Shown one piece after another: positions 18,635 to 28,276 of a stretch of DNA of 64,000 nucleotides. Position numbers and translations under genes: made by a program. The notes beneath the pieces are model-generated. The model was not told the origin of the DNA. It was given only the letters and a program-made list of their open reading frames with translations, and did not search any database. Every line of letters begins with the position of its first letter. The first letter of the stretch is position 1. The stretch spans positions 80,816 through 144,815 of the forward strand of contig JBAZQF010000006.1 of assembly GCA_041645355.1 (NCBI GenBank), written 5' to 3'. This DNA is from Methanoregula sp. Its GTDB lineage: Archaea > Halobacteriota > Methanomicrobia > Methanomicrobiales > Methanospirillaceae.

Positions 18635-19125
18635 TGTGCACCTCCTTCTGTACGCTTATGGTGATGTTCTGCATGTCCGGGATCCGTCACCAGCGGGGAG
18701 CGGACATTTTTACTCCGTTTCTCCTCAAGGATCCCGAGCGCCGTCACAATCCCGTCAATAATTGATTCGGGGCGGGCAGCGCAGCCGGGCACGTATACGT
18801 CGACCGGGATCAGCTTGTCAATCCCGCCGGCAACATTGTAGCACTCCCGGAACACCCCGCCGGAGCAGGCACAGATACCGACGGCAACCACGACTTTCGG
18901 GTCCGGTATCTGGTTGTAGATGTTCTGGACAACCTCGCGGTTTGCCTCGTTGATGGAGCCGGTGACCACGAAGATATCGGCATGCTTGGGGTTACCGGTG
19001 TTGATGATGCCGAACCGCTCGACATCGTACATCGGGGTGAGGCATGCAAGGATCTCGATATCGCAGCCATTGCAGCTCGAAGCATCGTAGTGGATGATCC
19101 AGGGGGATTTTGCAAGGTATGCCAT
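18631..19125 (-). CDS. echC: Ech hydrogenase small subunit C
   Basis: SCNGCDIE, GICA and VPGCAARP; start MAYLAKSPW. Confidence 0.93.
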   Translation of the reverse strand: MAYLAKSPWIIHYDASSCNGCDIEILACLTPMYDVERFGIINTGNPKHADIFVVTGSINEANREVVQNIYNQIPDPKVVVAVGICACSGGVFRECYNVAGGIDKLIPVDVYVPGCAARPESIIDGIVTALGILEEKRSKNVRSPLVTDPGHAEHHHKRTEGGAQ

Positions 19126-19985
19126 TATACACCTCCGTTCAGGAAGTAGAGTACTGCCAGGTTGACCACACCCACGACGGCAGCAATCAGCCACGAGCTC
19201 TTGACGGCAAACTGCCACTTGGCACGGGCGTTGGTGTTATCGATCAGGATCTCGAGCAGGTAAATTACGATGACCGCGATAACCGCTATCACCGGGTTTG
19301 CCCCGAAGAAGAGCCAGACAAAGCCGAGCAGGAGGACCGTCTCGTACCAGTGGGTGATCTCGATAAGGCCGAGCGACGGGCCCGAGAACTCGGTTGTCAC
19401 ACCCTTGACAATCTCCTGGTGGGCATGGTGGGAGGTGGAGATATCGAACGGGGACTTGCGGAGCTTGATGGTCAGGACATACAAGAATCCAAGAAAGATA
19501 CCCGGGATCAGGAGGACAACCGGCGTTGTGCTGGCCGCGATATCCGATACATTGAAGCTCTTTGTCGCAACGAACATCCCGACTGCCGTGAGGATCACCA
19601 TCGGTTCGTATGCCATGATCTGGAGGAGCTCGCGTTCTGCCCCCACGTAGCTGTAGGGGGAGTTGGCGGCAAAGGCACCCAGCACCAGGAATACCTGCGC
19701 GAGCGTGAGCGCAAATATGACGAGCAGGAGATCCCCGCCGGCAAAGAAGAGCGCTCCCGTGAAGGCCATGAAAATGACATAGCAGACCGCGTAGAAGACC
19801 TGCGTGTCGTTCACGACAGCATTCTCTTTCTCAAAGAGCTTGCCCACGTCCCAGAACGGCTGGAGGATCGATGGCCCGACCCTGCCCTGCATATGGGCGG
19901 TGATCTTCCGGTCGATACCGGCGACAAGTCCGCCGACAACCGGTGCAAGGAGGACAAAGATGATTGCCCAGAGGATATTGATCAT
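19125..19985 (-). CDS. echB: Ech hydrogenase membrane subunit B (NuoH-like)
   Basis: DRKITAHMQGRVGP and KSPFD motifs. Confidence 0.92.
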   Translation of the reverse strand: MINILWAIIFVLLAPVVGGLVAGIDRKITAHMQGRVGPSILQPFWDVGKLFEKENAVVNDTQVFYAVCYVIFMAFTGALFFAGGDLLLVIFALTLAQVFLVLGAFAANSPYSYVGAERELLQIMAYEPMVILTAVGMFVATKSFNVSDIAASTTPVVLLIPGIFLGFLYVLTIKLRKSPFDISTSHHAHQEIVKGVTTEFSGPSLGLIEITHWYETVLLLGFVWLFFGANPVIAVIAVIVIYLLEILIDNTNARAKWQFAVKSSWLIAAVVGVVNLAVLYFLNGGV

Positions 19986-21898
19986 CTGAACACCCCCGGT
20001 AGTGCACCCGCTGCAAGCATGATCACAATCAGTATGGAGCAGATCCATATACCCGTTGATCTGAGTTTGGTCTCGCCAAACCAGTCACCGAGGTAGTAAT
20101 TGGAGAGCAGGGTCTTTTTCTGGACGCCAAGCGATCCCGAGAACCGCATATCGTGCGTGGTTGTCCTGCCCCCCATGTAGGGAGCCAGGTGACGGCGTTT
20201 CCGGTGCGGCAGGAGAATCGAGAGCGGCATCACGACCAGCAGGAAGAGCATCAGGATCATGATGATGACATTGTCCTGCGAGAGCTGGGCGGTCTGGCCG
20301 TAGTTTGCAAGGAGGAACGGTTCAAGAAGTTTTGTCGAGAGTACCGGGAAGACCAGCGTGGTGATGATGGAGAGCCCGGCAAGAGACGTGAGGGCCGCCC
20401 ATTCGCTCCGGTCAACCTCCCCTTCGATATTCTTGCTGTCGCTTGTCACCGCAATGATCTTGCCCATCCACTTGGCCCAGAAGAAGAGGGTGAGGGCACT
20501 GCCGAACACGAGGATGACAACGAAGATAAAACCGTACGGTGCATCGATGAATGCCCGGATGGCTGCCCACTTGGAGATGAGCATCCCAAACGGCAGGAGG
20601 AACATGCCGGCAATGCCGATGACCATCATGGCGGCGATCCTCGGCATGCGCACGACAAGGCCGTTCATGTCGTCGATCTCCCGGCTCTTGATCCGGTGCT
20701 CCACCGTTCCCACGGAGAGGAAGAGAAGCGACTTGGAGATCGCGTGGAAGACGATTAAGAGGATTGCAGCCCAGATGGCCTCGTACGTGCCAATCCCTGC
20801 ACAGGCCACGATGAGACCGAGGTTGGCTATCGTGGAGTATGCAAGAACGCGTTTCGCATTGCTCTGCGAGATGGCGATCCCTGATGCCAGCAGGAACGTA
20901 AGTCCCCCCACCATTGCTATCATATAGCCGGTAAAGGTGGACTGGAAGACCGGTGCAAGCCGGACAATGATATACACGCCGGCTTTTACCATGGTGCTCG
21001 AGTGGAGCAGCGCCGAGACCGGGGTCGGTGCAACCATGGCCCCGACAAGCCATGAGGAGAACGGGAGCTGGGCGGCTTTGGTAAGCCCGGCAAACCCGAT
21101 GAGGGCTGCGGGGATGAGGGCAATCACTTTCCCCGATGCAAGGAGCTGGTCAAGGCCCATGATACCATTCCCGAACATTGCCAGGTACAGGATTGCCCCG
21201 GCAAAGGCAATACCCCCAAGCAGGTTCATCCACAGGGCATTGAATGCATTGTTGGTGGCCTCGTCGGTCTTTGTGTATCCGATGAGAAGGAACGAACAGA
21301 GCGTTGTTACTTCCCAGAAGAAGTAGACCCAGGTGATGTTGTTGGAGAAGACAAGCCCGAACATTGCCGACAAAAAGACAAAAAGGATACAGAAGAACCA
21401 GTTGCGCCGGTCTTTTATCTCGGGGTGGGACTCGTGGAAGAACTTCATGTAGCCAAGCGAGTACACGCAGATGAGACTGCCGATGATACCGATGATGAGG
21501 GCGAGGATGTTCGAGAACTCATCGATGAACAGGTTCGATGCCGTGTGAACGGAATGCGCATACACGGCCTCGAAATAGATCATCATCACGGACTGGACAA
21601 GTATGAGCCCGACAACAAGGTACTTCCGGTGCTTCAGACCGAGATACAGGATGAAAATGGCAATCAGTATCTCGAGAATGAACATGAAAAGCCCGACCGG
21701 TTCTGCCGGAATGGCAGAGACCATCTGGGCCCCTTTGTCGAACGTGGTGATGAGCAGATACAAGGTTACCACACCGATGGCCAGTGCGGACAGTTTCACA
21801 ATAACGATGCGTTCAATCTCTTTTCGTAAACAGAGCATGAAACATGCAACGATCAGGGGAAACAAAATAAGAAACAACAGAAGCTGTACGAATTGCAC
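19982..21898 (-). CDS. echA: Ech hydrogenase antiporter-like subunit A (NuoL-like)
   Basis: FWEVTT, AMVAPTPVSALLHSSTMVKAGVY and LAYST. Confidence 0.93.
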   Translation of the reverse strand: MQFVQLLLFLILFPLIVACFMLCLRKEIERIVIVKLSALAIGVVTLYLLITTFDKGAQMVSAIPAEPVGLFMFILEILIAIFILYLGLKHRKYLVVGLILVQSVMMIYFEAVYAHSVHTASNLFIDEFSNILALIIGIIGSLICVYSLGYMKFFHESHPEIKDRRNWFFCILFVFLSAMFGLVFSNNITWVYFFWEVTTLCSFLLIGYTKTDEATNNAFNALWMNLLGGIAFAGAILYLAMFGNGIMGLDQLLASGKVIALIPAALIGFAGLTKAAQLPFSSWLVGAMVAPTPVSALLHSSTMVKAGVYIIVRLAPVFQSTFTGYMIAMVGGLTFLLASGIAISQSNAKRVLAYSTIANLGLIVACAGIGTYEAIWAAILLIVFHAISKSLLFLSVGTVEHRIKSREIDDMNGLVVRMPRIAAMMVIGIAGMFLLPFGMLISKWAAIRAFIDAPYGFIFVVILVFGSALTLFFWAKWMGKIIAVTSDSKNIEGEVDRSEWAALTSLAGLSIITTLVFPVLSTKLLEPFLLANYGQTAQLSQDNVIIMILMLFLLVVMPLSILLPHRKRRHLAPYMGGRTTTHDMRFSGSLGVQKKTLLSNYYLGDWFGETKLRSTGIWICSILIVIMLAAGALPGVFR

Positions 21899-22217
21899 CA
21901 GATACCCTCCTTCTCTGAATATACGAATTTTTCATTATTAATCATATTGAATTGTGCACGATTCATCATTTCATAAAAAAGCTGGGAGAGAAAGGGAAAA
22001 ACCAGAAAAAATCTCCGGAATTCTTAAAAAAAACAGGTCTGGAGCGGGAAAAACAGATGTTTTTTTGAAAGTTACAGGAACGATCAATACCGGGCGGGAA
22101 GGTCCCCGGGCGGTTCACACTGAAAGATAAAAGTTTAATGTTTCAAAAATGCACTATTGATCTCATAGGGTGGGGTATGGACTTTTCAGGGGTAAGCCCC
22201 AGAGCCATTGCACATCC

Positions 22218-22280
22218 TCTGGAGTCATCAGGGCAGGTTAGCTGCCGGTGCCAATATTCAGCAGACCTGATGTGTCCAGA
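22218..22280 (+). promoter_or_regulatory. Stem-loop in the long leader of hppA (candidate cis-regulatory RNA)
   Basis: TCTGGA/TCCAGA and CATCAGG/CCTGATG arms; inner GGCAG/CTGCC or CTGC/GCAG pairing. Confidence 0.4.
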
Positions 22281-22360
22281 AATCCTGTCCCGGAAAGATT
22301 GCCCGCACACTGCGTGCCGGCTCGTTCCGGGCGGTTTTTGCACACCAGGGAGGTCATGGA

Positions 22361-24421
22361 ATGATCGAAAACGTATTACTAATCGTGATTGCGATCTGTA
22401 TCATCGCTCTGGGCCTTGCCGCATTCCTGACGCGTAATCTCCTCTCTCAGGATGAGGGTACGCCCAAGATGCGCGAGGTCGCCGATGCGATCCGGGTGGG
22501 TGCGGAAGCATTCATCAAGCGCCAGTACTCGACTATCGCCATACTTACCATCGTGTTTGCCGTGGTGCTCTTTGCAGTGTATTATCTCACCAACCAGCAG
22601 TCGCTTGCCCTTTCAACGGCAATCTCGTTCATAGTTGGTGCAGCCTGCAGTGCAGTTGCCGGTATTGTTGCCATGTGGATTGCCGTCAGGACAAACATCC
22701 GTACGGCAGCAGCAGCACAGCACAGCGACGGGAAGGCACTTGACTTCTCGTTCCGGGGCGGGGCCATTTCGGGCCTGATCATCACCTCGATGTCGCTCCT
22801 CGGTGTCTCGCTCACCTACATTGCACTCGGTGCAAACCCGCAGACCACCCCGTTCGTCATCATCGGGTTCGGTTTCGGTGCCTCGTTCGTGGCACTCTTT
22901 GCCCAGCTCGGTGGCGGTATCTATACCAAGGCCGCTGATGTCGGTGCAGATCTTGTGGGAAAAGTCGAGGCAGGTATCCCTGAAGACGATGTCCGGAACC
23001 CGGCAACCATCGCAGACCTTGTCGGTGACAATGTCGGTGACTGTGCCGGCCGTGGCGCTGATCTCTTCGAGTCCACTGCAGCCGAGAACATCGGTGCAAT
23101 GATCCTCGGTGTTGCGCTCTTCCCCTTCTTTGGTGTCAATGGTATCCTCTTCCCCATCGTCATGTGTTCGCTCGGTCTCCTTGCAAGCATAATCGGTATC
23201 CTCTCGGTCAAGGGCAAAGACGGTGCCGACCCGATGGATGCCATGAACCGGGGGTACTACATCACGGCAATCATCTCCGCGATCTTCCTCTTCTTTGGAA
23301 CCCAGTGGCTCCTTGGAACAATTCCGGGCTGGATCAACTTCTTCTATGCAGGTCTCGTAGGAATCGTACTCTCCGTCCTTTTCCTCCGGGTCACCCTGTA
23401 TTACACCGACCACCACTACCGTCCGGTGCAGGAGATTGCCGAAGCCTCTGAAACCGGAGCAGCAACCAACATCATTACCGGGTTCTCCGTTGGTCTTGAG
23501 ACCACGGCAGTTCCGGCCATCATGATCGGCCTCTCCCTCATAATCTCCTACGGGTTCGGTACCTTAAGCGGCGTCCCGAACGGCGGCCTCTATGGAACTG
23601 CAGTTGCAACTGTCGGTATGCTGATGGTCTGCGCCTACGTCCTGACCATGGACACCTTCGGCCCCATCGCTGACAACGCCGGCGGTATCGTCGAGATGAG
23701 CCAGGCCCCCGAGGAAGTCAGGAAGCGCATGGACAAGCTCGATGCAGCAGGCAACACGACAAAGGCGCTCACCAAGGGGTATGCCATTGGCAGTGCCTCG
23801 CTCGCGGTCTTCCTGCTCTTCAATGCGTACATGGCCGACATTGCCAAGCTCACCGGCAAGGCATTTGATGTCGTCAACCTGGCAAGCGTCCCGGTCTTCG
23901 TCGGGGCACTTCTCGGTGCCATGCTCGTTTTCGTCTTTGCAAGCCTCGCCATCCGTGCAGTCTCCAAGACCGCACAGTCCGTGATCACGGCAGTCCGTAT
24001 CCAGTTCAAGGACCCCGCAATCATGGCAGGCACCAAGAAGCCCGACTATGCAGCCGTCATCGACATCACCACCCAGGGTGCACTCCGGAGCATGGTGCTT
24101 CCGGGAATCCTTGTAATCGGTTTCCCGATCGTCATCGGCGTTACCATGAAGTACGAAGCCCTCGCAGGCTTCCTCATGGTCGGAACCATCACCGGTATCC
24201 TCATGGCACTCATCCTGAACAACAGCGGTGGTGCATGGGACAATGCCAAGAAATACATCGAATCCGGTGCCCACGGCGGTAAGAAGAGCGAGGCCCACAA
24301 GGCAGCCGTTGTTGGTGACACGCTCGGCGATCCATTCAAGGACACTGCCGGCCCGTCGCTCCACGTGCTCATCAAGCTCCTTGCAACCCTGACGCTCGTG
24401 CTTGCACCGATCTTCATCTAA
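22361..24421 (+). CDS. hppA: Membrane-integral pyrophosphatase, K+-independent H+-pumping type
   Basis: GGGIYTKAADVGADLVGKVE, DNVGDC and GNTTKA (Lys signature); GGAGG RBS upstream. Confidence 0.95.
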   Translation: MIENVLLIVIAICIIALGLAAFLTRNLLSQDEGTPKMREVADAIRVGAEAFIKRQYSTIAILTIVFAVVLFAVYYLTNQQSLALSTAISFIVGAACSAVAGIVAMWIAVRTNIRTAAAAQHSDGKALDFSFRGGAISGLIITSMSLLGVSLTYIALGANPQTTPFVIIGFGFGASFVALFAQLGGGIYTKAADVGADLVGKVEAGIPEDDVRNPATIADLVGDNVGDCAGRGADLFESTAAENIGAMILGVALFPFFGVNGILFPIVMCSLGLLASIIGILSVKGKDGADPMDAMNRGYYITAIISAIFLFFGTQWLLGTIPGWINFFYAGLVGIVLSVLFLRVTLYYTDHHYRPVQEIAEASETGAATNIITGFSVGLETTAVPAIMIGLSLIISYGFGTLSGVPNGGLYGTAVATVGMLMVCAYVLTMDTFGPIADNAGGIVEMSQAPEEVRKRMDKLDAAGNTTKALTKGYAIGSASLAVFLLFNAYMADIAKLTGKAFDVVNLASVPVFVGALLGAMLVFVFASLAIRAVSKTAQSVITAVRIQFKDPAIMAGTKKPDYAAVIDITTQGALRSMVLPGILVIGFPIVIGVTMKYEALAGFLMVGTITGILMALILNNSGGAWDNAKKYIESGAHGGKKSEAHKAAVVGDTLGDPFKDTAGPSLHVLIKLLATLTLVLAPIFI

Positions 24422-24489
24422 ATACCCTTTTTTTATTTTCCCAACAGCTTATCGGGCAACCATTTATCATACGGATCCGGATACTATTC

Positions 24490-25302
24490 ATGGACCGGCA
24501 GGAGCATATCCACATCATCAGCGCAGGGGAGAGTATCCATACCACCTATCCTGCGGTTCTCAAAGAGCTTCCGACGATCACGCATACATTCATCTTTGCC
24601 GAAAAAGAGGTCTATACCAACTCGTCCCGGGACGATGCCTCAAAAAGAGCCTGGAAGTGTTCTATCCGCAACTCGATTGATGCAGTGAATGCCCTCTGCC
24701 TTTCCCGGAATATTTCCTGTGCTCTCGTCTGTATTGATGCAGCAGGATTCGATGCCATCCGCGACCCGGTTCTCGGGATCTATGGTGAACACCCGGCAGC
24801 CCGGTACAGCTTTGATATATCAGCCGGTTCAAAACGGCTCTCGCTTGGCCTTTTCTCCCTGTCGCTCTGGGTGGAGGGTGACTCGTATTACGCATTCGGG
24901 AACTCTCCCCCCCGGAGAGTCCCTGTCCCGACACTTGCTTCAAGGAATCTGCCGGCAAATCCGCACTATCTTCTCATTCTCACCCTTCTCTTCCGGGCTC
25001 AGGATCACAAAAAAGAGGCCCAAACCCTGGTGCCAAAAGAGACCCTCTTCAACGAGACCAGGGCCTGGAAAGTCCCGGGCCGGGATGGCAGAGAGGATTC
25101 TGACAGCAGCGAACTCTCACCCGTAACATTCTCCCGCCTGCTCTCGACACTGGCTGGATGGAACCTTATCCGGGAAGAGACCGATCCCGGCAGGGACCAC
25201 GAGAAACTCTACAGCCTCACACCGGATGGCGAACTGGCACTGTTTGTCTACTCCGCCCGGATCAAAAAACGGGGTGTTGCCGGCACTCCCGGCCTCACGT
25301 GA
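24490..25302 (+). CDS. CARF-like (DUF6293/HFX_2341-type) + winged-helix transcription regulator
   Basis: N-terminal Rossmann-like strand HIHIISAG, FDISAGSKR motif, C-terminal wHTH (FSRLLSTL...YSLTPDG). Confidence 0.65.
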   Translation: MDRQEHIHIISAGESIHTTYPAVLKELPTITHTFIFAEKEVYTNSSRDDASKRAWKCSIRNSIDAVNALCLSRNISCALVCIDAAGFDAIRDPVLGIYGEHPAARYSFDISAGSKRLSLGLFSLSLWVEGDSYYAFGNSPPRRVPVPTLASRNLPANPHYLLILTLLFRAQDHKKEAQTLVPKETLFNETRAWKVPGRDGREDSDSSELSPVTFSRLLSTLAGWNLIREETDPGRDHEKLYSLTPDGELALFVYSARIKKRGVAGTPGLT

Positions 25303-25406
25303 TACTTGAGTCCGGGAAAGATTGGTGAAAATACAGGCGCCCTGATCGGGATATCCCGGCAACTGATTGGGAAAAAAAGATTCGTTTCCCGGGCAATGGC
25401 AGGCAG

Positions 25407-26201
25407 TTACTTCAGCCGTTCCTCGTCATCGGCAATCCATTGCTCCAGTTTCAGGATGCCTTCCCCGATATCCCTGATCCGGGCCTCGGTTTCTGCAAGC
25501 TTGGCTTTTGCCACGGCAATCTTTTCAGGATCCTTGCAGGACGCAAGGAATGTCAGTATATGGTCCCTGCCGATCTGAAAATTTTCAAGAGCGCTCAATG
25601 CTTTTTTATAACGTTCACGATTGGCTTTGAGGTTTTCCCGGACACTGGACTCGGCTTTTGACTCCCGGTGTGGTTTTCCTGCTTTTACCATCTCCCAGGC
25701 AGCGTCATGGGCTCTCCGGATCTCCTGGATCTCATCAAAACAGGCTTTCTTGTGTTTTGCAATCATCTCGTGCTTGTATTTCCCGAGCAGGTCACCGGCT
25801 TTTTTCAGCGCCTGCCCCCGCTCCACCAGGTCATGAACCGCGGAGCCGGGAGTGCCCGCAGGGAGCCGTGCCCCTTCTGCATGTTTCATGATCTCTTCCC
25901 GATGCGAAAGCGAGACCGATTCCAGGGTCCCGTACTCGGTTTTCTGCTTCTCCTTGACATCCCGGCAGAGGGCATTGAACCGCTTCCAGAGGAGATCCCG
26001 GTCAGCGCGTGCAAGGGGTTTGAGCTCCTTGAAGAGCGCAGTGATATGTTTTGCCTGGTTCCAGAAATCCTGGTACTTGGTGATGACCGGCAGATCATCC
26101 CGGATCGGGTTGGAGAGCGACCAGAGTTTCTGGTTTTCCCGGTCAATGAGTTCTGCATTCTCATGGGCGGATTTCAGCCAGGGATCATCTTCAGGTTTCA
26201 T
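25407..26201 (-). CDS. Alpha-helical hypothetical protein (DUF349-like repeats)
   Basis: LWKRFNAL motif, charged coiled-coil composition. Confidence 0.55.
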   Translation of the reverse strand: MKPEDDPWLKSAHENAELIDRENQKLWSLSNPIRDDLPVITKYQDFWNQAKHITALFKELKPLARADRDLLWKRFNALCRDVKEKQKTEYGTLESVSLSHREEIMKHAEGARLPAGTPGSAVHDLVERGQALKKAGDLLGKYKHEMIAKHKKACFDEIQEIRRAHDAAWEMVKAGKPHRESKAESSVRENLKANRERYKKALSALENFQIGRDHILTFLASCKDPEKIAVAKAKLAETEARIRDIGEGILKLEQWIADDEERLK

Positions 26202-26343
26202 AAAAAACTCGCTCTTGTGGCCTTCTGGTTATTGCATGTGTATCTGCCCGTGGGGCTTTAAAACAGTATCCACTACCGGGATTTCCCGGGGGGTGGGTCC
26301 CCCGGTACATCCGGAGTGGGTGGAAGTTCAGGGCAGGTGCACT

Positions 26344-26526
26344 TTACGTTATTTCCTTGAGATTGACGCTGACATCATTCGAGATCCGGGAATACCGTTT
26401 CGGGTTCTCATCGAACTTTGTCTTGCACCAGTTACAGCAGAAATAGTATTTCTGGTCCCGGTAAACGCTCGTGAACTTTGCCCCGTCTTCATCGACGATC
26501 ATCAGACATACAGGATCGGTTGCCAT
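26344..26526 (-). CDS. YHS/TRASH domain protein
   Basis: DPVCLM...YYFCC..CK..F...PKRY. Confidence 0.85.
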   Translation of the reverse strand: MATDPVCLMIVDEDGAKFTSVYRDQKYYFCCNWCKTKFDENPKRYSRISNDVSVNLKEIT

Positions 26527-26626
26527 AACAGGTTGCCTCGTTCGCCTGTAATAGGATCGGGTTTGTTTCTTTAAGTGTTATCGCCTTTTGCCCCGGCAAA
26601 CCCGGTTGCCGGGGGGGCCTCGCACC

Positions 26627-27310
26627 CTACCGGGAATATTTTGCAATGTGGGCGGCAATATCTGCAAACATCTTGAGGACGAGGAAGAGGACCAGAACCG
26701 GCAGGGTGGATTCGATGCCGAGATCCTGCAGGAAAAACAGAACAATGCTGCCAAAGATGATAGTCATGTGCATGGGGATGATGCGGTGGTAGGGTGCAAA
26801 GAAATCGTCATCCCCGTCTCCCTGGATGTGAACATTCCAGTGGGCGATGAACGAGTACAGGTGATTGAGAAAGAAGATCCCGCTGGCGACCCAGATATAC
26901 GGGTCTGACAGGTTCACCGGCCCAAAAAGGCCGGATCCGATAAGAATTTCGTAATAGGCAAGGTGAAAAATCCCGTAATGGAGACAAAAGAATCCAGCAA
27001 GGCCGTACCGGGCCACAACGCTGCCAAGCCGGTCCAGGATTGCCACCGTTGCTGCTGCCGGGTCGCCACTTTCCGGTGCAGTCCATTTCCGGGCCGCACC
27101 GGCAGTCAGGAGCGCGACAACGGTGAATAGCCCTATAATGATACTCTGGACCCAGTAGATGAACATCACGGTTGCAAGATCCCAGTTCCCCGCAACCGCG
27201 AGGACGATCGTGACAAGATTTGCAATGATGAGGGAGATGAGCGGGTAATTATGGACAAGATCGGCCCTTCCGGGAAGGATCCGGGAAAAGAGCAAAGGAA
27301 ACTGCATCAT
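26627..27310 (-). CDS. Membrane protein (DUF6498-like)
   Basis: FFCLHYGIFH and PYHRIIPMH motifs, several TM helices. Confidence 0.65.
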   Translation of the reverse strand: MMQFPLLFSRILPGRADLVHNYPLISLIIANLVTIVLAVAGNWDLATVMFIYWVQSIIIGLFTVVALLTAGAARKWTAPESGDPAAATVAILDRLGSVVARYGLAGFFCLHYGIFHLAYYEILIGSGLFGPVNLSDPYIWVASGIFFLNHLYSFIAHWNVHIQGDGDDDFFAPYHRIIPMHMTIIFGSIVLFFLQDLGIESTLPVLVLFLVLKMFADIAAHIAKYSR

Positions 27311-27533
27311 GGGGTTGTTGTCCGGAATATATGAAAAAGGATGCAGGTATTCCTGGAGGAGATCGATTCGTGCCCTGACCCGGGTATTCTTACCGGTCCT
27401 TCACTGGAACAAAGAGGCAATAATCTGCAAGGCCGGCATGCCGTCATATCTTACCTTAAGAGCGTATCGGGCACATTGGGGCAAGAACCAATCAAAAAAG
27501 GTTATCATGTGTAAAAATAATTAAACACATAGC

Positions 27534-27836
27534 ATGCTGAGCCCGACATCCCTTCCGGAACTGGCGAAGATCCTGAGTTTTCTTGGGAACGAGCAACGGC
27601 TCTGCATACTCAGGGCGATCTCCCGCGAAGAAAAGTTCGCACGTCAGATCGCCGAGGAGGTCGGGATCTCCCGGCCGCTCGTGAACATTTATTTAAAACA
27701 GTTCGAAAGGGCAGGCCTTGTCACCGGCATGAACCGGGTTTCTGAGGAGCCGCCATATCTCAGGCGGTACTACAGGGCCGTGCCTTTCGAACTGGTAGTC
27801 AACATGGATGTGATCGGTACAACCGGAGAAGAATGA
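27534..27836 (+). CDS. ArsR-like winged-helix regulator
   Basis: LGNEQRLCIL...IAEEVGISRPLVNIYL...AGLV...RRYY. Confidence 0.85.
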   Translation: MLSPTSLPELAKILSFLGNEQRLCILRAISREEKFARQIAEEVGISRPLVNIYLKQFERAGLVTGMNRVSEEPPYLRRYYRAVPFELVVNMDVIGTTGEE

Positions 27837-28270
27837 GTATGGAACTTACAAGAACAGTAAAGAATTTTCACCCTGTTACGAAGATAGTGATAGGACTAAC
27901 CGTGCTGCTCCTCGGTTTGATCCTGGCAGCACTGATCGCGAGTGTGTACTGGATGTCGAACCCGCAGAACCAGGCAGCATTCGGTGCCAGTCAGGGATTC
28001 GGATCCATGGCAATGGCCCTGTCGGCGGTTCTGATGCAGGCGTTCCTTCTGCTCCTGGTTATCATTGCGATTTACATGGCGGCGATGGAGATCAAGAAGT
28101 GGATAGAGAAGTACCTTGACTCAATGCTTGCCCGGCTCGATACGCTTGCCGAGCAGAAGACCGAGCGGGACGCTGGTTCATTTGAACTTGCTGCAATAAG
28201 CGAGAAAGTTTCACGCATGGAGAAGAAACTCGATAATATCGAAAATATTCTCTCGAAGGTCTCTGAGTGA
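27833..28270 (+). CDS. Two-TM membrane protein with C-terminal coiled coil
   Basis: ATGA overlap with the regulator; two hydrophobic helices; heptad-rich tail. Confidence 0.7.
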   Translation: MSMELTRTVKNFHPVTKIVIGLTVLLLGLILAALIASVYWMSNPQNQAAFGASQGFGSMAMALSAVLMQAFLLLLVIIAIYMAAMEIKKWIEKYLDSMLARLDTLAEQKTERDAGSFELAAISEKVSRMEKKLDNIENILSKVSE

Positions 28271-28276
28271 TGGGAT

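Noticed and set aside
19110-20096. 328-aa plus-strand ORF
   Set aside because: Antisense to echB; a typical GC-rich shadow ORF.
22613-24364. Two ORFs of about 266 aa on the minus strand
   Set aside because: Antisense to hppA, arising from codon bias.
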